This document shows positions 29,856 through 41,284 of a stretch of DNA of 64,000 bases, piece after piece. The translations under genes and the position numbers were made by a program. Origin of the DNA: the human T2T-CHM13v2.0 reference genome, Homo sapiens; assembly GCF_009914755.1 (NCBI RefSeq), contig NC_060932.1. One strand, given 5' to 3'. The notes below the pieces were generated by a model, which was not told the origin of the DNA, ran no database searches, and worked only from the letters and a program-made list of their open reading frames with translations. How positions within the stretch are numbered: the stretch's first letter is position 1; every line of letters starts with the position of its first letter.

Positions 29856-30363
29856 TGTCCTAGTCTGTTTAGTGTTGCAAAAAGGAATACCTGAGACAGG
29901 GTAATTTATAAAGCAAAGATGTTTACTTGGCTCATGATTCCTCTGGCTGGAAGATCGGGCATCTGGGGAGGGCCTCGGGCTGCTCCCATTCCCGGTGGTG
30001 GGAAAGGAGCAGGTGTGTGCGGAGATTGCATGACTATGGAGGATTCAGGAAAGAGCGGGAGGCACCGGGCTCTTTTTAACATGGCGACAGAGGACGCCGG
30101 AGAGCGCGGGAGCGCCGGGCTCACCTTGGGTCTGAGCCCTGGCACGAACAACCAGCCCTGGCACGAACCAACAGAGGCAGAATCCACTCACTCCCCACCT
30201 TCAGAAAGGGCATTCATCTATTCACAAGGGGTCCACCCCATAACCCAAATGCCTCCGCCCCATAACCCAAATGCCTCCCATGAGGCCTCACCTCCCGCCA
30301 CCCCCACAATAAGGTTAAATTTCAAAATGAGATTTGGAAGGGTTGAGTATCCAAACTGTTGCC
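29856..30363 (-). mobile_element. MST(B)-like MaLR solo LTR with internal duplications
   Basis: tgtcctagtctgtttagtgttgc...gaatacctgagacagggtaatttataaag...tttcaaaatgagatttggaaggg...ccaaact is the reverse complement of an MST LTR. Confidence 0.85.
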
Positions 30364-30651
30364 CTGCCTACCTGTTTTAAGCCACTAGGTTGTCGCTGGA
30401 TCTCTCCCCAGCGAATACAGTTTACAGTGCAGGTAGTATTCCAGGACCTAGCCAATGAAAACTTCCCTCATGGAATTCTCCTGCCTGAGACAGACATAAA
30501 CAACCAGAGTTGAAACATGTACAATGTGAGATAGTGGTGAGGGCTGTGGGGTCAAGGAGCAGCCTTAAGGAAGGAAAATGAAAATGTTAGGGAAAATGGT
30601 TGCAGTTTCAGATGAGGTCAGGGAAGGACTCCTTGTGCCTGAGGTGCAGTT

Positions 30652-31120
30652 GTACTGGTTATCTATTTCTACAAAACAAATCACCTACACTGTGGTTTAA
30701 AACCACAGTCAGTTATTAGCTCTCAACTCTGTGGGTTGGCAATCTGGGCTCGGCTCATCCAGGCAGTCCTTCTCCTGGTCTCAAGTGAACCGAGGCTCCA
30801 CAGGTGCCAGATGGCCCAAGATGGCTCCATCAGGACACGTGCTGGTTGGCCTTGGTCTCTCTCACCAGGTATCACCCTCATCTTCCAGGAAGTCAGCTCG
30901 GCCTTCTTTCCACGGGCATTGCAACAGCAGAACGACCCTGAGTGGATTCTACTGGCCCCTTGAAGGCATGCTTCTGAAGACCTCACATTCTAATTGTTGA
31001 AACAAGTCCCAAGGCCAGCCCAGACTCAAGGAGTACAGAAGTTGCACCTCTGGTTGGTAGGAGTGGCCACTTTGGAGGGGTTGGGGGAACCACCGTGGTC
31101 CTCTTGACAGCCTTTCTACT
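30652..31120 (-). mobile_element. Old MLT1-type solo LTR
   Basis: tgtactggttatctatt...aacaaatcacc...ctctgtgggttggcaatctgggct...caaggccagcccagactcaagg. Confidence 0.7.
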
Positions 31121-32134
31121 GCAAGAGTAAAGGAGGCTGACAAGGTTAGAATGAACCAGGACCCAACCATGTGGTTCTGTGAATTCTAGTCCAAGATACC
31201 TTCTTCAGGTTTTGGCCAACTATTTTACAGAATCTCCAAAAATTACTGGGAATAGATTGACTGAATGAACACTATGTGACAAGGAACTCTGACTGGTGGC
31301 AGGCAGAATACTACCACTAAACAGATGACCTGTATAGCTCACTCTGCCAGCGCCGGGAAAGACCTTCTACCCATTACTGCACTTAATTCTGGGCAGCACT
31401 GTAGGTAAGGAGTGGGGTAGGGGCATTCCAAGAAGGCCTATGTGGCAGGGCTGGGACTTCCACCCCACCCATGTGTCCAGAGAGCTTGAGCCGTCCAAGA
31501 GACCCTCTGTGGCCGCTGAGTTCCCACATGATCCAGAACGTCCAGAAGGCATGAAGTCAGAGGTCTCACCCTGGGAATACTACCCACAGGGAGGAAGAAC
31601 TCCTAAAAATAACTGGGAGAGATTCTAAAGGAAGAGCCAAGAGGCAGCCCTCCCATGCTTCTACTAATATGGACTTTCTTCACCACCAGGAAGGACTTTG
31701 TTTCGAAAACAGCTGGGGCTTTTCCCAGAGGAACCTTGGCGCTGTCAGCATCTGCACCAGGCCAACACTCAGGGGCTGCTGCGGGAGGAGGGTGGCCTCT
31801 GGGAATGCTAGCACCGGCTTCCTCGTTCCTGCTGTGGCCGGGTTTGTCATGCCCGGGGTAAAGGGGACCTGGAGACCAGCAGGAGGGGCTTCCCCTCTTC
31901 CTTTCCTAAAGTTGGAATTGTTAGTGTGGAGCAGGCATCTGAAAACACAGCTGAGAAACTGGACAAGTTGGCTAAGGCTAAGGATTTGTCCTAAGAACAA
32001 ACTTGGAGCTTGCCTAATTGGAATTTAGCAGCATTTGTAATCACAGATTCTTGTTTTAACAGGTAAAAAGTTGGAGGTAAAGGGTAGACATCAGTAAGGT
32101 GGCAAGGAACAATGAACATTTTGTTCTAAGAACA

Positions 32135-32312
32135 AGCTAACTTTTAGCAAGTGCTTACTATATGCTAGACACTGTTCTCAGCATTTTATATGTACTAAAG
32201 CATTTAATCCTCATGAGGACTCTAAGAAGTAGGTACTATTATTTTCTCTGTTCTGCATTTGAGGAAAGTGAAGCTCAGAGTGATTAGTAAGGTGCTCACT
32301 ATTACAAGCTAG
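32135..32312 (-). mobile_element. MIR SINE
   Basis: gtgcttactatatgctagacactgttct...catttaatcctca...gaggaaagtgaagctcagag. Confidence 0.8.
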
Positions 32313-33310
32313 AAAAGGCTATCTTTAACTTCAGAGGGGCTATGGTATCCTGCCCAAATGTACTGATGACGGTTTTTATGCCGTGTGTGTGCAGGCATGT
32401 GTGTACACATGTATACTTTCATGTATGCACGTGTGTGTGTGTGTGTGTGATGTTTTTGGCAGGCATGCATTTGCCTGCATAACTTCCGTCAACATTGTAC
32501 TGGCTTTCCCATCCTCAGGGGGCCATTTGTCCTTTGATGCTAGTGCTCTATTTATCACTTGCCATTTCTTATCAGCCCGCGGTCCCTGGAAAGCTATTTC
32601 CCTGGGAAGATGGATGTGGACAGGGTTTTTTGGGGAAAGCGTATGTTCTGTTTCCACATGCCCCACTGCAGGGTGTCTTTAGCAGATGTGTATGTGCTGT
32701 GATCTGAGCACAAGGTTCTGCTCTCAGTCTGGTTTGTAGACTGCCCTTTTTTCTTTTATCTTAGGTGCAGATTTAATTTATATTATATGCATTATAAAGC
32801 AGGCTTCTTTCTGCAAAGAGAAGTTAAAGGTGAACAGTAGAACCCAAGTGTCTGAAAAATAACCTTATATTGGTGTATGAGCGTATTTGTTTCCTTTGTA
32901 TACTTTGTCACATTTAATATTATGTTTAGACTTGACCTTCCTTGGTAGCAAGGAATTATCTTTTTTAAAACAAACAAAAATTTTATTTGTGTTTATAGCT
33001 GCAATGCATCGTTACACTCCATCTTATCACATACCTTAGCTTGGCTACAATTTACATTTGTAATATATCTGAAGACTTACTTGCTTTAAATTCATAATAC
33101 AAGCAGGGTTTGAAGCTGACATAGAGCATATTAAAGATAACATTTTTGTGTTCTTCCGTATATGCCTTATATTCAAATCAATGTCATTAAGTACAGTGTA
33201 GAATTAATTACTCCTTAGCTTCTTGTGAACTAACAGTTCAAATTACTAGATGTGCAATTACTTGAAAGAACTGACACAAAATTTGGTTAAAATGTATTAT
33301 AATCCAAAAT

Positions 33311-33803
33311 CATGCTGCTATAAAGACACATGCACACGTTTGTTTATTGCGGCACTATTCACAATAGCAAAGACTTGGAACCAACCCAAATGTCCAACAA
33401 CGATAGACTGGATTAAGAAAATGTGGCACATATACACCATGGAATACTATGCAGCCATGAAAAAGGATGAGATCATGTCCTTTGTAGGGACATGGATGAA
33501 ACTGGAAACCATCATTCTCAGCAAACTATCGCAAGGACAAAAAACCAAACACTGCATGTTCTCACTCATAGGTGGGAATTGAACAATGAGAGCACATGGA
33601 CACAGGAAGGGGAACATCACACTCCGGGGACTGTTGTGGGGTGGGGTGGGGAGGGATAGCATTAGGAGATATACCTATTGCTAAATGATGAGTTAATGGG
33701 TGCAGCACACCAACATGGCACATGTATACATATGTAACAAACCTGCACATTGTGCACATGTACCCTAAAACTTAAAGTATAATAATAATAAAATTTAAAA
33801 AAA
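33311..33803 (+). mobile_element. Young 5'-truncated L1PA (about L1PA3-PA5): ORF2 C-terminus and 3'UTR
   Basis: In-frame SCCYKDTCTRLFIAALFTIAKTWNQPKCP...MFSLIGGN*; G-rich 3'UTR; A-rich tail; 17-bp direct repeat gtattataatccaaaat at 33294-33310 and 33804-33820. Confidence 0.97.
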
Positions 33804-33894
33804 GTATTATAATCCAAAATATTTATTATTTAGACCCTATCACTGACTACTCTGTTTTCTTGTTATTTTTATGCATATACTCACTTTGAAATGC

Positions 33895-34042
33895 TTACCG
33901 GGCCCTATTTTAATTTTGATGGGGTTATGTCTCATAAACTCATCATTAGTTGAAAATATTGTAAGTCAAAATGCATTCTCCACCCCAATAAGCCTGTTGT
34001 AAGGTCAAAAAATCAAATCATCATGAGTTGGAGATGATCTGT
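33895..34042. mobile_element. MER47/Tigger5-like DNA transposon remnant
   Basis: gatggggttatgtctcataaactcatcattagttgaaaatattgtaagtcaaaatgcatt resembles the recalled MER47 terminus; ends ...atctg|ta. Confidence 0.55.
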
Positions 34043-34299
34043 ATCTTGTTCTTCATCTGTCTTTTTAAAAATTTTATTTTTAATTGACAAATAGTAATTG
34101 TATACATTTATTATTGGTCTTTCTGAACGCACACTGATTACTTTCAGTTAGCAGTGGCTCAGCTCAGTGTGTTCTGAAACTGAGAGGCTCAGGGGACCTA
34201 TGTCTTCTTGGATCCTGGCATTTGCTCAGACTTAGTGGTTCTCTCTGCCTGGGAATGACTTGGTACCTTCTTTTTTCTGGAGGAGATTATATGAAACTG

Positions 34300-36200
34300 C
34301 TGTTGATTCTTAAGTGTTTGGTAGCATTCTCCATGGAAACTGTGTCTACGATTACCTTTTTAGGATACTTTTGGTTACAAATAGAATTGTTTTACTAGTT
34401 ATAAGGCTATTCAAATTAGATATTTCATATGGTTGAGTTGTAGTAGTTTGTGCCAAGGAATTTGTCCATTTCATATAAGTTGTCAAATTTTTCTGTGCAG
34501 AGTTGTTCATTTTACTCCTGTATTATCATTTTATTCTCTGCAGGGTCTACAGTTATATTCTCTATTTCATTCCTGATACTTGATAATTTGTGTCCTTTCT
34601 TTTTTTCTCTGTAAATCTTACTAAATGTTTGTCGATTTTGTTGATATTTTCAAAAGAAAAGCTTTTTTTGCTTTATTGATTTTCTCTATTTTTGTTCTGT
34701 TTTTAATTTCATTGATTTCTGTTCCTTTACATTATTTTTCTTCCCTCTGCTTTCTCTGTGCTTAGGTTTCTAGGGTCTTGAGATGGGAGCTTATTGATTT
34801 GAAATTTTCCCTCTTTTCTAATATAAGCATTTAGTGCTATAAATTTCCTTCTCAGCACTGTTTTAGCTATGTCTCACATTTTTTCTTTTTTTCTTCTTTT
34901 AAAAAATTTGTATAAATATAAGAGGTACAAGTGCAGTCTTGTTACACGAATATATTTTGTAGTGGTGAAGTCTGGGCTTTTAGTGTAACCAGCACCTGAA
35001 TAGTGTACATTGTACCCAGGAGGTAATTTCTCACCTGTCACCCCTTGCACCCACCCATCCTTCTGAGTCTTCAATGACCCATGATACACACTCTATGTCT
35101 ATGACGTGTTGTTGTTTCATTTGCATTTAGTTTGATGTATTTTTTACTTTTTCTGAGATTTCCTCTTTGACCCACGGATTATTTAAAGGTGTAGTCATTA
35201 GTTTCAAGAGTTTGGAGATAATTTTCCGTTATTGATTTCTACTTTGGTTCCATTGTAAGTGACATGCTGTATGATGTCAATTCTTTTAAATTTGTTTTGT
35301 TTTGTTTTCTGATGGAAGATATGCTCTCCCTTGGTGTGGTGACTAGATTTTGTTGGTAGATGGTATTGAGTTCTTCCATATTCATGGTGGTTTTCTGTCT
35401 AGTTGTTCTATCAAATATTGAGGCAGGGTATGTGTTGAAATCTCCCACTGCAATTGTGGGTTTGCCATTTCTTTTTTCAGTTCTATCAGATTTTGCTTCA
35501 TGTAACATGCATCTCTGTTGTTTGATACACACATTGAGAACTTTTATGCCTCCTGGTAGCTTGACACTTCTGTCATTATGTCATGTACTTCTCTGTAACT
35601 GGTCATTTTCTTTGCTCTGAAGTCAACTTTATCTGATATTAATATAGCTATTCCTCATTTATTTTAATTAATGATTGTGTGCCATATCCTTTCCATCCTA
35701 TTATTTCTATTTACTTATACCATCGTATTTGAAGTGAGTTTCTTGTAGGCAGTACATACTTGGGTTATGTTTTTGCAATCCACTCTGCCAATATATTTTA
35801 ATTAATTAATTAACTATTTCAGACAGGGTCTTCCTCTGTAGCCCTGGCTGGAGTACAGTGACTATAGCTCATTACAGTTTGAAACTCCTGGGCTCAAGCA
35901 ATCCTCCTGCCTCAACCTTGTCAGTAGCTGGAACAGTGGGTGCATATCATCACATCTGGCTAATTTTAACAATTTTTTATAGATATGGGGTCTTGCTATA
36001 TTGCCCAGGCTGGTTCAAACTCATGGCCTCATGTGATCTTTCTGCCTCAGCCTCTCAAAGTGCTGGGATTACAGGTGTGACTGCTGTGCCCTGCCTGTCT
36101 TTTTTAAATCATATATTTAGACTACTTAAACTAAATTTAATGTAATTATTGAATTGTTAAACTTAAGCCTGCTATTTTATTTTTCTTTCTGGTTTTTCAT
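34300..36200 (-). mobile_element. Old L1M ORF2 fragments with a nested younger L1 3' end (~34880-35100)
   Basis: ORF 35239..35532 has L1 endonuclease-like TIAVGDFNT; the nested piece reads gtacaagtgcag...gtagtggtgaagtctgggctttt. Confidence 0.8.
35795..36095 (-). mobile_element. AluJ
   Basis: agacagggtct...ctcctgggctcaagcaatcctcctgcctca...gtgctgggattacagg; highly diverged. Confidence 0.9.
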
Positions 36201-36333
36201 TTTTTTTTGGGGGGGTGTGTGTCTTTTTTCCTGGCTTCCCATGGGTTAATTGAAACTGATATACCAACAAACAGGCTTTGAGTTCCTCTTTTGCTCAAGG
36301 CGTGAATGTATGTGTCATTGAGGCATAAGAAGC

Positions 36334-37040
<707 letters not shown>

Positions 37041-39184
37041 CTTAGGATTCTGAGACAGCCCATTTCAATGGAGGACACAGCACCACACCTACCTGTCTGC
37101 TGCCCCTGGATTCAGAGGTCAGCCAGGCCCAGGTTGCCCATGGAGGCCGGCTGCCTGAGGTAGACGTTATGCTGGGTGTTCAAGGGGGGTTAGGCCAGCT
37201 TTCAGGAAAAGATGGCTCCTAAGTGAGAGAAGCCCTCTCACTCTTGTTCTGCTCAACCTCCTGCTTGAAGCAAATAGGGTATTTTTCTCTCACAATAAAG
37301 GAGACAGAGGGCCTGGGGCATGTGTTCCTGTGCACTGGGATAGCTGCTGGCTTCTTAGAGCCCACGGCTATCCAACAGTTCCTGTACTCATAAGGATATT
37401 TCATAATTTTTGAAACGATTGATGGTTTTTTTTCTGCTTTCTAAAAGAAAACTGATTCTTAAATTTTATTGAAATAGAAAACAAATGATGTATTGCAATA
37501 GATCCTTTTGCTAAGAATTCACATATTCTGAGGATAGGTTCTTGTTTTTTTGTTTGTTTAATTTTAATATAACATCTGCACTTAGATTTAGCAACTGGAT
37601 TTTCTTTGACCTCAAAAATCCATGTAAACCAAAGCTCCAAGTATGAACTGCCTCCCCACCCCTTTTTTTTTGCCTCCTACCTCCAACACATACACATTTT
37701 CTGTTGCATTCAAAAAGCCTAGTGAAGTCTCTGAGCAGCAGTTGGTAGGGAAAAAATAGCAGCATAAAAGCCTCCTTCCAGACATGTTTAGCAAATTCTT
37801 TCTTATTTTAATCTTTCATTATGATTTATTGACGTATTCAAAGTTTGTCCCAGCGACCCATCCCAGCAGCCCCAGGCTGTAGAGATAAACATCCTTGCTG
37901 ACTCTTAGCTGCGTTTGGCCATTTATTCATGGCTAGTTTTTACTGCACCCCTAAGGAAATAAGAGCACTGTGTATTCTAGGGAAAAAAAACACTCTTTTC
38001 AAATATCCCTTCTTTCCGCAGCTCTGTGTGTGTGCCCTGCAAGCAGTCCTTGGTGGCAGTGAACAGAGTGGCTTTCTGTGGAGCCGCCACTCCTGTCTCA
38101 GGCTGCCGACTCAGTGTCTGTGAGGGGAATTCCTGTTCCTGGCCCAAACCCACAGGCCTTGCTCGTGAAGGCCTCTCACACACTCTCTTTTTCTTGCTTG
38201 GATAAGAATCTGTGCTCTGGAGACTCTTCCATGGAACCCAGAAAGAAAAAAAAAAAAAAACAGAGAGAGAGAAAAGCTTTCACTCACATCCATGGCTGGA
38301 AAATTCAACTTGCTCTTTGTAAAGCAGACTTTCCCCTGGACATTTCTACTGGGCAGTAGAATGCAGATAAAAAGCCACATACCTGCCAGACCCTGCTTTC
38401 TGGAGGCTGAGCCAACTGTGGAAACCATAATTCCTACTCCTTGTCCACAGCCCCGGGGGGTGCTGCTCCCACCCACACCTTTCTCCTTTCCCTTTCCCCA
38501 GGGTCTTATCTGAGTGGCCAGTGAGTTATTCTGCCCTATGAAGCTGACCAAGGCTCTGTCTCCAAGGACTGCTTCGTGTCAGATTTAAATTGACTCACCC
38601 AGAAGCTTCTTGTTTCCAGAGCTGTTTGCTAGCGTCACAGAGTATACGCTGCTTTACGAAGCAGTGGCCTTTGGGCAGAGCTGCATTCTTACCTCTTTAA
38701 CCCTCCACGGCCAATCAGTGAGCCCCTCCACCCCTCTTCTCAAGAGAACTCTCTGGGCTCTGACAGTGAACCCTTGTCAAGGTGTCTTGTGAGTCGCAGG
38801 GTGAGAGGAGGAAAAAGCAACCCTGGAGTCTGGAGCCAGTTTTTGCTTGTAGGTTTTGCTGGTAACTATCGTAAAGATAAAGGAATCAGGTGATGCCTGT
38901 GGCCTCCACACCTTCCCTGGCTCATTAGAAATGCCGTGGACACTTTTGAGAAATAAAGACTCCTAAATCCTGGCGTAGGAGAGTGTGATTCATAAGCGTG
39001 TTTGGGAAGTGTCCCCTGAAAGTGTATTTCTTAAACGCTCCAGATGTGATTCTAACTTCAGCAAGATTTGGGAACCATTTATTCTGGTGAATTCTAATAT
39101 CCTCTGAAAAGCAGTTGCCTGGGAAGGAATGATTCAGAAGAGGAATCCTTCTGAGTCCAGCCCAAGTCCCCATGACTCCTTCTA

Positions 39185-39485
39185 TTTTTTCTTTGAGACA
39201 AGGTCTTGCTCTGTCGCCCAGGCTGGAGTGCAGTAATCGTGGCTCACTGTAGCCTCGACCTCCTGGGCTTGAGTGATCCTCCCACCTTAGCCTCTTGAGT
39301 AACTGGGCACATGCTACAGGCACATGCCACCATGCCTGGCTATTAAAATATATATATATTTTCTGTAGAGATGGGGTCTCCCCATGTTGCCCAGGCTGTT
39401 CTCAAGCTCCTGACCTCAAGGAATCCTCCTGCCTCTGCCTCCCAAAGTGCTGGGGATTACAGGTGTGAGCCACTATGTCTAACCA
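39185..39485 (-). mobile_element. AluJ
   Basis: gctcactgtagcctcgacctcctgggcttgagtgatcctcccacc is J-type. Confidence 0.92.
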
Positions 39486-40599
39486 CCTCCTTCTATTTTT
39501 GGTGAACGACTGGGAGTGCCATGGAACAAAAAACCCTGAGTGGCTGCAGAGCTGACATTTCCAAGGGGACCCTTTCAGTCTGCTGACAGGGGCCCAGGAG
39601 CAAGGATGGGCAGGAAGGCTTTTCTCTGCAATGCACTTGTATTTCCCTCAGCACAGCGGGGCCGGGCACATTCAAATGCACTCAGCAAATGGTTAGTCCC
39701 TAGGAGATTTTATCTTGGTAACCTCAGGTATGCACCAATTGTTATATTTTTAAAATTCTCTTCTGTAGAAACTAACACCTTGAGAATCAAAAACCTCTTT
39801 GTCAAATTGCATTCTTTTTCTAAGCTTGTTCACATACACTTTAGGATGGGGCCACTGACTCTCTGAGGAAATACTTGGAATTATGCTGGAACATTTCTCT
39901 CTCCTGCACATCAGGGATAACCCTCCATCTCAGGAGGTGAGCTTTATGCTATTGAGAGGTCGTTTCCATTGGGACAATCATATAAGCTGTTCACTGGTGA
40001 TATTTTAGTGGAAACTAAAATACCTTTATACAAGCACCTGGAATGCTTACACAGAAGTAAAAAGAGGTAGCCTGGTGCTGCCACATTAACACTTTAATGT
40101 TCACTAATATGCATTGATCAATATCATGGGTGGCCTGAGATCTAGGGTAGCTTAGCTGAGTATTTATTTGTGTGCTTATTATTCATTCCTTTTATTTATG
40201 AATTAGGTAACTTATTTGTTTAGGGTAACTAGACTGAATTGTTATTATTTATTTAGGATAGCTTAGTTGAATTAACTTATTTATTTAATGCCTCTGTGTT
40301 ACTAAAAATACTGGGAATTCATTCTAAGACTTGGGAAATATTAAGTCCTTACTTCTGAGAAATGACATGATCCTCTCTGAAAAAAACAACAAAACAAACC
40401 AAATAATCAATCTAAAATCAAACCAGAAATGGTGTCCCATCAAGACAGTTAGAGAACTGAGGACAGGGTTGAGAGAGGCCACAGCAGTGAGCTGTGCAGG
40501 TGGCTTCAGAACCCTTCTTTAGCTTGAGGTGTCTGGAAAGAGGCCATCTTCTTTGTTCAGACCTGATGTGGCTGCAGAGAGGTTGAGATATTAGAGTGG

Positions 40600-40772
40600 C
40601 ACTTGTGCTTCCTGGAAGGTGAATTAGATGTGCTTTCCCTATTCCTCTCACCAAGAGCAACTAGATGCAATGGACATTATACATCAAACAAACAAAGGAA
40701 GACTCAAAGGTGGAGAGAAGAAGGTGACAGGCTAGGGGCCTCAGGACCTGTGGGAGCTGTGGCAAGTTCCCT
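40600..40772 (+). mobile_element. L1M (L1MD-like) 5' end fragment
   Basis: tggacattatacatcaaacaaacaaaggaagactc..aaaggtggagagaagaagg resembles a recalled old L1 5'UTR. Confidence 0.5.
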
Positions 40773-40774
40773 GA

Positions 40775-41262
40775 TGTTGTGGTCTGAATGTCTGTGTCCC
40801 TCCAAAGTTCTTATGTTGAAACTAACTCCCAAAGTGATGGTATTAGGAGGTGGGGCCTTTGGGAGGTGATTAGATCAGGAGAATTGGAGCCCTCATAAAT
40901 AAGATTAGTGCCCTTATGAAAGAGGCCCCCGAGAGTCCCTTCCATCATGTGAGGATGGGGTGAGAAGGTGCCATCTGTGAGCCAGGAAGCAGGTCCTCGC
41001 CGGACTCCGAGTCGGCCAGTGCCTTGATCTTGGCCTCCCCAGCCTCCAGAACTGTGATCAGTTAAAAGTCTGGTGTTCATAAGCCACTCACTATATGTTT
41101 TTTTGTTACAGCAGTCTGAATGGACTAAGACAAAACTTGGTACCAAGGAGTGGGCTGCTGCTATAACAAGTACCCAAAAATGTGGAGGTGGTTTTGGAAC
41201 TGAGTAATGGGTAACAGCTCTAAGAGTTTTGAAGTTCGTGTTAGAAAACACCTACTATAGAC
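40775..41262 (+). mobile_element. MLT1A-like LTR (to 41132) plus start of MaLR internal sequence
   Basis: tgttgtggtctgaatgt...ggactaagaca followed by aaacttggtaccaaggagtggg...ggaactgagtaatggg. Confidence 0.87.
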
Positions 41263-41284
41263 TCTGCAGTATCAAAATGATAAT

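Noticed and set aside
33250-33582. 110-aa ORF as a host gene
   Set aside because: It is the L1 ORF2 C-terminus of a 5'-truncated insertion with a chance in-frame flank.
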